Shown: positions 16,540 through 25,608 of the stretch, one piece after another | How positions within the stretch are numbered: position 1 is the stretch's first letter | How the letters are laid out: the number at the start of each line of letters is the position of its first letter | Virus record (IMG/VR): IMGVR_UViG_3300044513_003511 | Span: 1-31,197 of that record | Source: a virus | Taxonomy: Duplodnaviria; Caudoviricetes | Length of the DNA stretch: 31,197 nt | Reading direction: 5' to 3' (one strand) | The notes under the pieces: model-generated | What the model saw: only the letters and a program-made list of their open reading frames with translations | What the model was told of the DNA's origin: nothing | Databases searched by the model: none | Position numbers and translations under genes: made by a program

Positions 16540-17181
16540 ATGTCAAACACATTCACCTGGAAAACAAAATTCAAAAGCATAATCATAGTGGACGGTGAAC
16601 TTTTCGCCAACGAATACAAATTAAATATTTCCTTAACACCACACACGGCCGACCTAAAAGAACAGACAAATTATTTCGAGAGACTGAAGAATCTCTTCGA
16701 ACAGGTTTTCGCAAACACCATCACAACCTGGCGAGAAGAGAAACTCTACTCGGTGTTAAAGATGAACAGTACCAACAGGTTCATTGAATTACCAAAACCG
16801 CCATATGACCAGATCATGGCCGCGGTGTGTTTCTGCAAGGCCAACAGCATCTTGGACAGCAAGATAGTGATCAATCATATCGAACTGAGCTCATGGCAGG
16901 GTGACGGTATTACCTACATGGTTGACAAAGACAGCAAAGAGCTTATACTATTAGATAGACCAGATTGGTTCTCAGCGAAGTTCAGCAAATTCGATCCATG
17001 GTGGTTGAGAGCGGACACGGCAACATATGATCAAGAACTTGACAAGGGAATATATACAGGACACTTCAGTTGGAACAATCAAGAGATTCCTGTTGACAAG
17101 AAGCACGAGTACCATGCTAAAATATTTAAGTTCCAACCAAAGGTACTAGATGGCGGCAAAAACAAACATAAAGATAAATGA
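16540..17181 (+). CDS. Hypothetical protein (possible degenerate T-fold)
   Basis: 213-aa ORF; TAAGTA 6 nt upstream. Confidence 0.75.
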   Translation: MSNTFTWKTKFKSIIIVDGELFANEYKLNISLTPHTADLKEQTNYFERLKNLFEQVFANTITTWREEKLYSVLKMNSTNRFIELPKPPYDQIMAAVCFCKANSILDSKIVINHIELSSWQGDGITYMVDKDSKELILLDRPDWFSAKFSKFDPWWLRADTATYDQELDKGIYTGHFSWNNQEIPVDKKHEYHAKIFKFQPKVLDGGKNKHKDK

Positions 17182-17677
17182 TCACGGTGATGTGATATTC
17201 TCGGAAGAGGATGTCATTGAATTACTGTACACAGATCCCAATTTCGACATATCAAAACTTTATCTCAACGACATAGAAAAATACTCAGACAGCCTAAAGG
17301 AGTTGGGCATAGATCTGCCCGTGATCAACAAGGCTCCAGAGAGGCCAACGCCCGCAGAATTTGACAAACAGAACTGTGACAACTGGCATATGCCTGACAA
17401 GTATTACCAGATTAATGTGCTGGAATGGTTATTAGACAAATGCCAAAATGATGAGGAGAAGATGAGGGTGCAGATGGAATATTCATTGTTTGAAAAAAAG
17501 AAGTTTATACGTGTGCTACAATTTTTGATCTATTTCGTTGACACTTTGAGAACAAATAATGTTGTCTGGGGAGTAGGACGAGGATCAAGTGTGGCCAGTT
17601 TCTGTCTTTTCTTGATAGGAGTACACAAGATCAATCCAATGCTGTACAATTTAGATATCACTGAGTTTTTGAGATGA
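17150..17677 (+). CDS. DNA polymerase III alpha (DnaE) stand-alone fragment
   Basis: RV..EY..F.....L.....VD.......WGVGRGSSVAS...FLIGVHKINP..YNL...EFL matches the DnaE GRGS region; ends before the PDID catalytic motif. Confidence 0.85.
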   Translation: MAAKTNIKINDHGDVIFSEEDVIELLYTDPNFDISKLYLNDIEKYSDSLKELGIDLPVINKAPERPTPAEFDKQNCDNWHMPDKYYQINVLEWLLDKCQNDEEKMRVQMEYSLFEKKKFIRVLQFLIYFVDTLRTNNVVWGVGRGSSVASFCLFLIGVHKINPMLYNLDITEFLR

Positions 17678-17695
17678 TAAATAATTATATAGGAG
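17678..17695 (+). promoter_or_regulatory. Late promoter TAAATA plus SD AGGAG
   Basis: TAAATA 17678-83, AGGAG 17691-95, ATG 17705. Confidence 0.7.
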
Positions 17696-17704
17696 TTTAA
17701 CAAT

Positions 17705-18139
17705 ATGGTAACAAGAGCACCCAGAAAAAGATTGTACAGAACCATGCAGGGACGTATGGTGGACATAGAGAAACTGAGAGCGGCCAACGAATCAGTGCAG
17801 GCAGTCGGTAACATGAATGTCAATGCAAGAGGAGACGTGCTAGGTCCAGGTGGAAAAGTAGCAACACCAAAAGCAGAAGTGATAGCGAAATACTACGAAC
17901 AACCAAAAGGAGTAGTGGACGACACGCCATCACGAAATAAACAGACACCAGCAGTCAAACCAGAACCAGTCAAACCTACCGTGCAGAAGATGACCCCGGT
18001 AGCGTCAAAACCAGCACCACAACCCAAACAACCGGAACCAAAAGTGGAGGCAGAACCCACAACGGTGTCAACATTCAAACAGAAAACAGAGAGCACAGCC
18101 AAAGAAGGCATAGACGCGGCTCTTGACGGACTGGAATAA
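17705..18139 (+). CDS. Conserved phage protein with Pro/Lys-rich disordered tail
   Basis: YRTMQGR.VD...L...NE...AVGNMNVNARGD..GPGG N-terminal domain. Confidence 0.8.
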   Translation: MVTRAPRKRLYRTMQGRMVDIEKLRAANESVQAVGNMNVNARGDVLGPGGKVATPKAEVIAKYYEQPKGVVDDTPSRNKQTPAVKPEPVKPTVQKMTPVASKPAPQPKQPEPKVEAEPTTVSTFKQKTESTAKEGIDAALDGLE

Positions 18140-18151
18140 ATCTGCTATAAT
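18123..18151 (+). promoter_or_regulatory. Sigma70 promoter (TTGACG-N17-TATAAT, with TGn extension)
   Basis: -10 ends 9 nt before ATG 18161; no SD. Confidence 0.8.
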
Positions 18152-18160
18152 AACCCTACG

Positions 18161-18604
18161 ATGGGACAGATAGAAGACTTACAAGCAAAGGGATTCGGAT
18201 CACACGGTGGCAAACAGTACACCGTAGACTACGACATCACACCACTCAAGAAGCGAGTGCTAGTCTCAGACATGCATTTCGGAGAGAGAAAATCTGCGGG
18301 TGGAATAATATTGATGGATGACGACGGATCAGCGGAGGGCATACACCCTCGTTGGGCAAAGGTATATGCTATCGGTGACCAACAAGATGATGTAAACACA
18401 GGACAGTGGGTATTAGTAGCACATGGTAGATGGTCGAGAGCTCTCAAAGTCAAGAAACAGGGCACGGAACTAGAAGTGAGAATGATAGATGAGAATGACA
18501 TCCTGTTAGTCTCAGACGACGAACCAGAATTCAACTCGAAGCAGGCTGGCTATGTGAACACAGGTGGTATGCAACAGATGACCAAACTACCTGGCAATGA
18601 CTAA
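18161..18604 (+). CDS. groES: GroES-like co-chaperonin
   Basis: ITPLKKRVLV, SAGGIIL mobile loop, AKVYAIG, V..GQWVL, IDENDIL. Confidence 0.8.
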   Translation: MGQIEDLQAKGFGSHGGKQYTVDYDITPLKKRVLVSDMHFGERKSAGGIILMDDDGSAEGIHPRWAKVYAIGDQQDDVNTGQWVLVAHGRWSRALKVKKQGTELEVRMIDENDILLVSDDEPEFNSKQAGYVNTGGMQQMTKLPGND

Positions 18605-18842
18605 ACTACACACCTGTTTCGTCTGCAACAAACAATTCTTAAACGCAATATACTGGTATGACAGTCTACACGACACAAAGTACGACAAAAGAATAATAAG
18701 ACCATTCTGTGGTCCACCCTGTGCAAACAAGTACAGAGAGATGTCAGACGAGAATGATTATCCACAGAGAAAACCATTGCCCAAAGGTCCAGAGTGGCAG
18801 ATAATACAGGACATCAATAACATAGAGTATGAAACCAATTAA
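18597..18842 (+). CDS. Small Cys4 (TRASH-like) zinc-binding protein
   Basis: CFVC...FCGPPC. Confidence 0.65.
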   Translation: MTKLHTCFVCNKQFLNAIYWYDSLHDTKYDKRIIRPFCGPPCANKYREMSDENDYPQRKPLPKGPEWQIIQDINNIEYETN

Positions 18843-19221
18843 GATCAAAAAAGTAAAAGTAGAAATAAGCAAACTAGTCACCATGGCGGATATGGGATTG
18901 GGAGTAGAACGTCCTCTAAACAAAGAGAAGAGGACATGGATAAACAAGTTGAAGAAGGATGGTGCTTGGGATCCAATACTGGTCACACCAATCAAAGATA
19001 GTGGATACTATCTACTAACAGATGGATGGCACAGGGTACAGGCCGCCACAGCACTAAAAAGAAAAACTATTAATGCACTACAATTACCTGCCAATGCAGG
19101 ATTGAGCATGGCAAAAGCCAACAAGATATTGAGAGACATTGACCGAGAGTACGGTTTCAAACTGCACTGTAGCGACATCATAGGACACTGGGCCATGATG
19201 CAGACACTGTTAGAAGACTAG
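18829..19221 (+). CDS. ParB/sulfiredoxin-like domain protein
   Basis: PILV....YYLLTDGWHRVQAA. Confidence 0.8.
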   Translation: MKPIKIKKVKVEISKLVTMADMGLGVERPLNKEKRTWINKLKKDGAWDPILVTPIKDSGYYLLTDGWHRVQAATALKRKTINALQLPANAGLSMAKANKILRDIDREYGFKLHCSDIIGHWAMMQTLLED

Positions 19222-19249
19222 TTGACAAATATCCAATACCTGTTACAAT
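19222..19249 (+). promoter_or_regulatory. Sigma70 promoter (TTGACA-N16-TACAAT, with TGn extension)
   Basis: -10 ends 6 nt before ATG 19256. Confidence 0.8.
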
Positions 19250-19255
19250 ATATTC

Positions 19256-20299
19256 ATGACACAACGTTTCGGTTTCTGTTGCAAATGGCTAAATGACACC
19301 AGTGAGTTTGGTGGCATGAAAGTGAACGCCAAGGACAGGGAACTCAACGGCAGAAGTACAACCATGCGTTGGCTCCGTGAACACAAGGACGAAGCAGTAC
19401 AACGACAGTGGGACATCATGACCCACAACACTACAGCCGCACGTAGGTTGATACAACGTGTTGGTAGTCTACCACCTGAACGTAGGATGGTGAGGCTGGG
19501 TAGCGAGATGCTACAGGGCTACACAGAGAAAGATTGGAAGACATGGTGGCAACAGCCTGACATACAAAGTCACCTAGAGAATCTATTCGCACCAGTTGGT
19601 GAGATGGCCAGGAAGTTGGATGTGAAAATATCTTTCCATCCAGGTCAGTTCTGTGTGCTGTCAAGTGCAACACCAGATATTGTTGAACGTAGCATAGAAG
19701 AATTCGAATACCATGCGGACATGGCGAGATGGATGGGTTTCGGCCGATCATTCCAGGATGGTTGCAAGATAAATGTACACATCTCAGGCAAGCAAGGACC
19801 AGATGGCATCATAAAAGCACTGCCTAAATTATCACAAGAAGCAAGGAACCTTATCACCATCGAGAATGACGAGATGAGTCATGGATTGGATCAGTCGTTG
19901 ATGTTGGAAAAACATCTAGCATTGGTTCTAGACATACATCACCATTGGATCAGAGATGAGGAATACATTGAAGCAACCGATGACAGAGTCAAAAGAGTCA
20001 TAGACAGTTGGCGTGGTGTGAGACCTAGTATGCACTATTCATATTCCAGGGACGAACACCTTGCAGTGGCAGGACTAGGTGAACGGACACACACCGAGAT
20101 GCACGACATCAAGATGTTGTTGGAGCGTGGTTGCAAGAAACAGAAACTGCGGGCACACTCGGACCTATTACCAAATACAAAGGTAAATGACTGGGCGTTG
20201 TCATTCTCGGAGAACTTCGACATACAGGTAGAGGCCAAAGGAAAAAACATGGCATCTGAACAATTATATAGACAAGCGAAGGAAACTGCTGTAATATAA
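19256..20299 (+). CDS. uvsE: UV-damage endonuclease
   Basis: RFGFCC, RLGS, SFHPGQFCVLSS, INVH, ITIENDE, VLDIHHH, HYS, RAHSD, VEAKGK. Confidence 0.92.
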   Translation: MTQRFGFCCKWLNDTSEFGGMKVNAKDRELNGRSTTMRWLREHKDEAVQRQWDIMTHNTTAARRLIQRVGSLPPERRMVRLGSEMLQGYTEKDWKTWWQQPDIQSHLENLFAPVGEMARKLDVKISFHPGQFCVLSSATPDIVERSIEEFEYHADMARWMGFGRSFQDGCKINVHISGKQGPDGIIKALPKLSQEARNLITIENDEMSHGLDQSLMLEKHLALVLDIHHHWIRDEEYIEATDDRVKRVIDSWRGVRPSMHYSYSRDEHLAVAGLGERTHTEMHDIKMLLERGCKKQKLRAHSDLLPNTKVNDWALSFSENFDIQVEAKGKNMASEQLYRQAKETAVI

Positions 20300-20304
20300 C
20301 ACAT

Positions 20305-21231
20305 ATGAAAGATTTATGGGTAGAAAAATACAGACCTAAGACTCTAAAGGAGTACGTGGTCAGGGACGAAGCACAAAGACAACAGATACAATCTTGGATC
20401 AATGACAAAGCGATCCCACACCTACTATTAAGTGGTGCACCAGGAGTGGGCAAGACCACACTGGCAAAGGTGTTATTCGGAGAACTGGACGTCAGCAGTT
20501 ATGACATCCTAGAAATAAACGCATCCAGGGAGAACTCAGTGGACACTGTGAGGGAGAAGATCAACAACTTCGTACAGATAATGCCGTTCGGTGCATACAA
20601 ATATGTATTACTAGATGAGGCAGACTACATGTCACCAAACGGACAGGCGGCGTTGCGTGGTGTGATGGAGATGTATCACACGTCAGCGAGATTCATATTG
20701 ACCTGCAACTATCCCAACAGGGTCATACCAGCACTGCATTCGAGATGCCAAGGCTTCCACATGGAGACAATCGACAAGACAGAATTCACTGCAAGGGCAT
20801 GTGAGATACTGATACAGGAGGGGGTGACACCAGACATCGAAGTGCTTGACACTTACGTGAAAGCGAGTTATCCTGACATGAGGAAATGCATCAACATGTT
20901 ACAACAGAATGCTAGGGACGGAAAACTGATGCCACCAGCAAGTGGTGACTCAGGACAACAGGACTACAGACTGCAGATGGTGGACCTGTTCAAACAGGGC
21001 AAGATACAGGAGGCAAGGAAACTTGTCTGTGCCCAGGCCAGACCAGAGGAGTGTGAGGAGATATACAGATGGCTGTATGACAACCTAGAGATCATATCCA
21101 AAGATGAGGACGCACAGGACAAGGCGGTGCTAATTATCAAACAGGGATTGGTGGACCACTCGTTCGTAGCAGATCCAGAAATCAATCTAGCAAGTGTGAT
21201 GATAAAACTAGCGAGGTTATCAAATGGGTAA
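20305..21231 (+). CDS. Clamp-loader AAA+ subunit (gp44/RFC small subunit-like)
   Basis: LWVEKYRP, GAPGVGKTT, EINAS, LDEAD, FILTCNY, SRC, DMRKCIN. Confidence 0.93.
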   Translation: MKDLWVEKYRPKTLKEYVVRDEAQRQQIQSWINDKAIPHLLLSGAPGVGKTTLAKVLFGELDVSSYDILEINASRENSVDTVREKINNFVQIMPFGAYKYVLLDEADYMSPNGQAALRGVMEMYHTSARFILTCNYPNRVIPALHSRCQGFHMETIDKTEFTARACEILIQEGVTPDIEVLDTYVKASYPDMRKCINMLQQNARDGKLMPPASGDSGQQDYRLQMVDLFKQGKIQEARKLVCAQARPEECEEIYRWLYDNLEIISKDEDAQDKAVLIIKQGLVDHSFVADPEINLASVMIKLARLSNG

Positions 21232-21790
21232 GATAATAAATCACGGAATCGTAGATATCGATTTTGACAAATTAAATCAACTCATTAATGAATCAAAGCA
21301 TGAACGTAGTAGTGTGTATGAAAGAGATACATATATGAAACCAAGGCAAAACAGTGAGGACAAAGAAATTACTGAGAAATGTGCAGAATGGTATAAACAT
21401 TCATCTTTTGCTGTAAAGATTAAGAATAAAAAATTTAATGATTGTTTTCCTGATTATTTCTATAATAAACTAGAAATGATTAAGGAAACTGCCAAGGCAA
21501 CAGTATATAAATTTATTCCTGGACAGTTTACTCCGCCACACAGAGATCTTATGGGTGACTACATATCACAATCAGATGCAGACAAAAAAAATTTGACCAA
21601 AGTATGGGTGGCACTATCTGAACCAGAATTAGGACACGCACTATTTGTGGGAAAAGAAAATGTTATCTATAATGTACCAAAAGGAACAACATTGCAGTTT
21701 GATTTCCAAAATGATTGGCATTCGGGAGTCAACGCTGGAACCAAAGATAGATATTTTTTAACAATGATTGGAAAGAAAATAAATGGGTAG
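21224..21790 (+). CDS. 2OG-Fe(II)/cupin-fold oxygenase (Asp/Asn beta-hydroxylase-like)
   Basis: PGQFTPPHRD (HxD) ... WHSGVNAGTKDRYFL; visibly AT-rich. Confidence 0.75.
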   Translation: MGKIINHGIVDIDFDKLNQLINESKHERSSVYERDTYMKPRQNSEDKEITEKCAEWYKHSSFAVKIKNKKFNDCFPDYFYNKLEMIKETAKATVYKFIPGQFTPPHRDLMGDYISQSDADKKNLTKVWVALSEPELGHALFVGKENVIYNVPKGTTLQFDFQNDWHSGVNAGTKDRYFLTMIGKKING

Positions 21791-22058
21791 CAAACACAAC
21801 AAGAAGAGATTCTTCTGTGTGAAGTACATAATAAAACCAGATGGCAAGTTCGACGAATTCGTGGAACTGTCAAAAAAGAAGATAGGCGTGGGCAAAGCAC
21901 GGGAGTACACAGTGATACTGGATCTGATCAACAAGGAAGTGTTGAAGAATGAACTACCGGGTATACCTGTCGCACAGAGAGACCAGATCCCATTCGATCG
22001 TATTGAACAGCACTACCGACAGTGGTACGCTGAAGCGATGGACCAGTTCGTCAAATAG
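21783..22058 (+). CDS. Hypothetical protein
   Basis: 91-aa ORF, 8-nt overlap with the upstream gene. Confidence 0.75.
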   Translation: MGSKHNKKRFFCVKYIIKPDGKFDEFVELSKKKIGVGKAREYTVILDLINKEVLKNELPGIPVAQRDQIPFDRIEQHYRQWYAEAMDQFVK

Positions 22059-22278
22059 CCTGATTGTACATCCGCTTGAGCATGGCCAATTGGCTGGCTC
22101 GCCATAATCTCATCAACACCCTCCTTCTACGTCTGTCCTTCTGTTTCCTTATCTTCAGCCAATTCTGATTCTGCATATACAAATTCACACGTTTGTCGTA
22201 AACTCGTTTCTTCCTCATTAGTTTCCATAGTTTGCGTTGGAATAAAGGTCGCAGTTGTAGGTCGTTTGATGATAACAT
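22051..22278 (-). CDS. Highly basic small hypothetical protein
   Basis: About 30% R+K including RRRRR; GAGG SD 6 nt before ATG 22278 (alternative start 22290). Confidence 0.55.
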   Translation of the reverse strand: MLSSNDLQLRPLFQRKLWKLMRKKRVYDKRVNLYMQNQNWLKIRKQKDRRRRRVLMRLWRASQLAMLKRMYNQAI

Positions 22279-22389
22279 AAGGTTCCTCATAGGTTGTGAT
22301 TGGTTGTGATTTGATGTGTCTTTGTGGACTCATGTACAAATACTTACTATCAAATTTCCAGATTAAGTATGCATATTTTACAACACAGA

Positions 22390-22404
22390 TATTTAGGATA
22401 AATA
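22390..22404. promoter_or_regulatory. Back-to-back late promoters TATTTA-GGA-TAAATA
   Basis: + copy is 6 nt before ATG 22411; - copy points at the minus-strand ORF(s). Confidence 0.7.
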
Positions 22405-22410
22405 AGAGCT

Positions 22411-22893
22411 ATGCATGACGTCTTAGACATAATCAAAAACGTACAATCGTTATACGCAGTAGGCCCTACTTTGTCCATACTCAAAGACTTCGAGAGAGTG
22501 GTAGACGAGTTAGATGTGTACGTGTTCCAGAACTGGGAGGACGGAGAATTACTTTCAGGTCCTGTGGATTCAAGACATTTCGTCACATGTTCATTCATGT
22601 GGCCGGCAGACAAGATGCCAGATCCTGCGGGAGGTAAGAGGCTGATCGACAGGGGGTGCAAGGTATTCTACAAACGAGACGAATTAATGAAACCTAGACA
22701 GATCAAGGGTCCAGAGGACTACAGACCAGGAACGACCAAGGGCAAGATAGACGCTCATGACATATGGGTGGTAGAGATCAAGATGCCAAAAGAACTGATC
22801 GGCAATTTCAAACACGGTAATGACGATATACAAGACCAGGATGTGATGGACCAAACGTCTGGAGATTTAAATAGTTTAGATGCAAATAGTTAA
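22411..22893 (+). CDS. Conserved large-phage hypothetical protein
   Basis: DFERVVDELDVYVF.NW.DGEL..GP...MPDP.GG.RL. Confidence 0.8.
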   Translation: MHDVLDIIKNVQSLYAVGPTLSILKDFERVVDELDVYVFQNWEDGELLSGPVDSRHFVTCSFMWPADKMPDPAGGKRLIDRGCKVFYKRDELMKPRQIKGPEDYRPGTTKGKIDAHDIWVVEIKMPKELIGNFKHGNDDIQDQDVMDQTSGDLNSLDANS

Positions 22894-23620
22894 CGAAGGA
22901 TTAAAGGCTGGAGACTTAGAAGGTGTTGTTTCTTCAACCTTCTCTGTTGACCAATACAAAAGCAAAATGGGTGACGATAGGAACATTATGGTCCTTTGTT
23001 TTACCGTCGACGGAAATGCTCCGGCAAAAGACCTAGAACATTTTGCAGAAACAGGATACAAGGACATAATGGATGCAGATGCCACTCCGGGTTCCATGGA
23101 AGATGGCAAACACAAAGTATTCATAGAATTCCAAAGAAAAGAAAGTGTTGACCAAACCATACGTAGATTCCTAGACGATCTAAAGAAATTAACAAATATT
23201 GAAACGTTCAATTTTACATATCACAAAAGCACTGTTCCATTTGAAGCCACATCTAAAAATCTAGCAGACATACTCCCGAGAACGCCGGAAATGTACACAC
23301 AGAAGATCAACGGAATGAAATTAGAAGAAATACAGACTTTCTTTGACAAGTTCCAGATGATGGAATTCAAACTGGACAACAACATAGTGTCTATCAAGAA
23401 ACACAATGCAGACACGCTAAAGTTCGAACTACACGCATTTGGTCCAACCAACATGATAATGAACGAAATCAAAGCATTCAAACTAGACGAATCAGCAATG
23501 AGTGAATGTATATTCATGACCAAGTACTTTGGACCATATCAAATTACCAAGACCACAGAAGACAGATTCATTTTCAGTAAGGGCGGCGACTCAGCACTGT
23601 TAAGCAAGAGCGGCTGGTAA
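22880..23620 (+). CDS. Conserved large-phage hypothetical protein
   Basis: EGL..GDL....SVDQYKSKMG.D; TAAATA 22868-73 is 6 nt upstream. Confidence 0.8.
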   Translation: MQIVNEGLKAGDLEGVVSSTFSVDQYKSKMGDDRNIMVLCFTVDGNAPAKDLEHFAETGYKDIMDADATPGSMEDGKHKVFIEFQRKESVDQTIRRFLDDLKKLTNIETFNFTYHKSTVPFEATSKNLADILPRTPEMYTQKINGMKLEEIQTFFDKFQMMEFKLDNNIVSIKKHNADTLKFELHAFGPTNMIMNEIKAFKLDESAMSECIFMTKYFGPYQITKTTEDRFIFSKGGDSALLSKSGW

Positions 23621-23652
23621 TATAATACACGCACTTATTGATAAATAAGTGT

Positions 23653-24114
23653 ATGAGATTAAGCACAAACTTCACACTAGCAGAATTCACAAAAAGCCAG
23701 ACGGCCTTGAGAAAAGGCCTAGACAACACTCCAGGTGACGAACATTTGGCCAATGCAAAAGCATTGTTTGAAAATGTTGTACAGAAGGTCAGAGACAACT
23801 TCGGAGTAACAGTGATCAACTCTGGTTACAGAGGGCCAGCACTCAACGAAGCAGTGGGTGGATCCAGCAAATCACAGCACTGCAAAGGTGAAGCAGTGGA
23901 CATAGAATGTCCGGGCACACCTAACTACGATGTCGCAAAATGGATCGAGGACAACCTAGACTTCGACCAACTGATATTGGAATTCTACACGCCAGGTGTA
24001 CCAGACTCGGGTTGGGTACACGTTTCATACAAGTCAGAGGGCAACAGGAAATCTGTGCTGACAGCGATGAAGGAAGATGGTAAGACCGTCTACAAGCCCG
24101 GCCTCATTCAATAA
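23653..24114 (+). CDS. Peptidase M15A zinc peptidase, probable endolysin
   Basis: LSTNFTLAEF, SGYR, SQHCKGEAVD, WVHVS. Start moved to ATG 23653 (TAAATA 23642-47 upstream). Confidence 0.88.
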   Translation: MRLSTNFTLAEFTKSQTALRKGLDNTPGDEHLANAKALFENVVQKVRDNFGVTVINSGYRGPALNEAVGGSSKSQHCKGEAVDIECPGTPNYDVAKWIEDNLDFDQLILEFYTPGVPDSGWVHVSYKSEGNRKSVLTAMKEDGKTVYKPGLIQ

Positions 24115-24125
24115 ATACTGCTATT

Positions 24126-24599
24126 ATGTTTTCAACGATAAAAATGGCGATAGCCATCATGCTGATCACCGGCATAGCGGGTGCGGGCATCTACGTGATG
24201 AAACTGCGGGCGGACAACGCCACGCTGAAAGCCAACCAACAGAAACTAGAGACCGCGATCACAGAACAGAACAAAGTGTTGGAGCAACAGAAGAAGGACT
24301 TCACTGCCATACTGGAAAGCAACAAGAAACTGAACGTGTTGATAAACACATTCAAAAAAGATTTACAAGACCTAGACAAAAGATTCACAAAGAAAAATAG
24401 AGACATTGGCAAACTGGCCATAGAGAGAACTGAGGCGATCGAGAGGATCGTGAACGGTGGTGGCAAGAATGCGGCGAGATGCATCGAACTGGCGTCTGGA
24501 GCCAAACACACAGAAGCAGAATTAAAAGCAACATTGAAATCAGAAATCAACCCAGAGTGCCCATCACTGGCCAATCCAAATTATGTACCATTCCAATAA
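24126..24599 (+). CDS. Inner-membrane spanin (Rz-like)
   Basis: N-terminal TM, long coiled coil, two C-terminal Cys; sits between endolysin and lipoprotein; TAAATA 24112-17 upstream. Confidence 0.75.
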   Translation: MFSTIKMAIAIMLITGIAGAGIYVMKLRADNATLKANQQKLETAITEQNKVLEQQKKDFTAILESNKKLNVLINTFKKDLQDLDKRFTKKNRDIGKLAIERTEAIERIVNGGGKNAARCIELASGAKHTEAELKATLKSEINPECPSLANPNYVPFQ

Positions 24600-24951
24600 A
24601 ATATTAGCACTAGCACTGATCATACTGCTGACCGGTTGTAGCATAGGTGGTGAAAAGAAGATCAAGATATTCTCAGTGGAAGAACCAAGACAGAAACTGA
24701 ACTACCCAATGCCAACACCACTACAGATGGAAGAGATATATTGGCACATTATAACAAGTGAAAATGCCGAAGAGGTGTTCAAGAAACTGGAAGAAGCAGG
24801 CATAGATCCCGTGCTGTTTGGCATCACGGACAAGGACTACCAAGTGCTGGCCAGGAACTTCGCACAGATAAGACAGAAACTACAGGAGACCAACAACCTA
24901 CTTGAGGAATACAAGAAATACTACGAAGGGACAGAGGAGAACAAACAATGA
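24583..24951 (+). CDS. Outer-membrane spanin lipoprotein (Rz1-like)
   Basis: Lipobox LLTGC, Pro-rich linker, overlaps i-spanin by 17 nt. Confidence 0.75.
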   Translation: MYHSNKILALALIILLTGCSIGGEKKIKIFSVEEPRQKLNYPMPTPLQMEEIYWHIITSENAEEVFKKLEEAGIDPVLFGITDKDYQVLARNFAQIRQKLQETNNLLEEYKKYYEGTEENKQ

Positions 24952-25148
24952 TAAAAAATTTCAAAGACATAGTGATACTATTGATAACAAGTGGTGTGTT
25001 GATACTGCTTGGGGTCATCATCATAGGCGATTATGTGGTGGCACTGGAAGAGAACAGACCAGTGGACGAGAGCGTGATAACACTGATGAAGATGTCGGTC
25101 ACAGGATTGATCGGAGTGATTGGTGGATACATCGGGGGAAGCAGATAA
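24948..25148 (+). CDS. Small two-TM membrane protein (holin candidate)
   Basis: Two hydrophobic segments, GxxGxxGG C-terminus; lysis context. Confidence 0.6.
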   Translation: MIKNFKDIVILLITSGVLILLGVIIIGDYVVALEENRPVDESVITLMKMSVTGLIGVIGGYIGGSR

Positions 25149-25582
25149 TGTGGACGTATAGATGTAAATTGAAGAAGGTCATAGACGGTGACACAGTGGA
25201 TGTGGACATCGACCTAGGATTCGGCATATGGCAAATGAACGAGCGTGTGAGGATCATGGGCATAGACACACCAGAATCAAGGACCAGGGACAAGATCGAG
25301 AAGAAATTTGGACTCGCGGCCAAGGCCAGATTGAAGTCACTGCTGGGACCAAAGCCGGTTTTGCAGACCACAATCAGCAAGAAAGGCGAGGACATGAAGG
25401 GCAAGTTCGGACGTGTGCTTGGTGACTTCATAGTGAACGGCAAACAGGTCTCACAGATCATGTGCCGAGAGGGTCACGCGGTGGCCTACTTCGGTGGCGC
25501 CAAGGCGGATGTGCAGAAACAACACATGCGGAACCGTAAGAAACTGGTCGAAGCCAAGATCGTAAAAGGCCCGATCGAATAA
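25148..25582 (+). CDS. Thermonuclease (SNase)-family nuclease
   Basis: KVIDGDTVDV, RVRIMGIDTPESRT, GKFGRVLG. True start is ATG 25148. Confidence 0.9.
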   Translation: MWTYRCKLKKVIDGDTVDVDIDLGFGIWQMNERVRIMGIDTPESRTRDKIEKKFGLAAKARLKSLLGPKPVLQTTISKKGEDMKGKFGRVLGDFIVNGKQVSQIMCREGHAVAYFGGAKADVQKQHMRNRKKLVEAKIVKGPIE

Positions 25583-25608
25583 ATACGTATTTTAAACGAG
25601 GAGAGCAA

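Noticed and set aside
17093-17123. Internal TTGACA...TGCTAAAAT promoter for the DnaE fragment
   Set aside because: Spacer is 19 nt and it lies inside a CDS; possible extended -10 but not supportable.
22051-22278. Ribosomal protein bS21 identity for the basic ORF
   Set aside because: Only compositional similarity; lacks the LRRFK...YEKP pattern.
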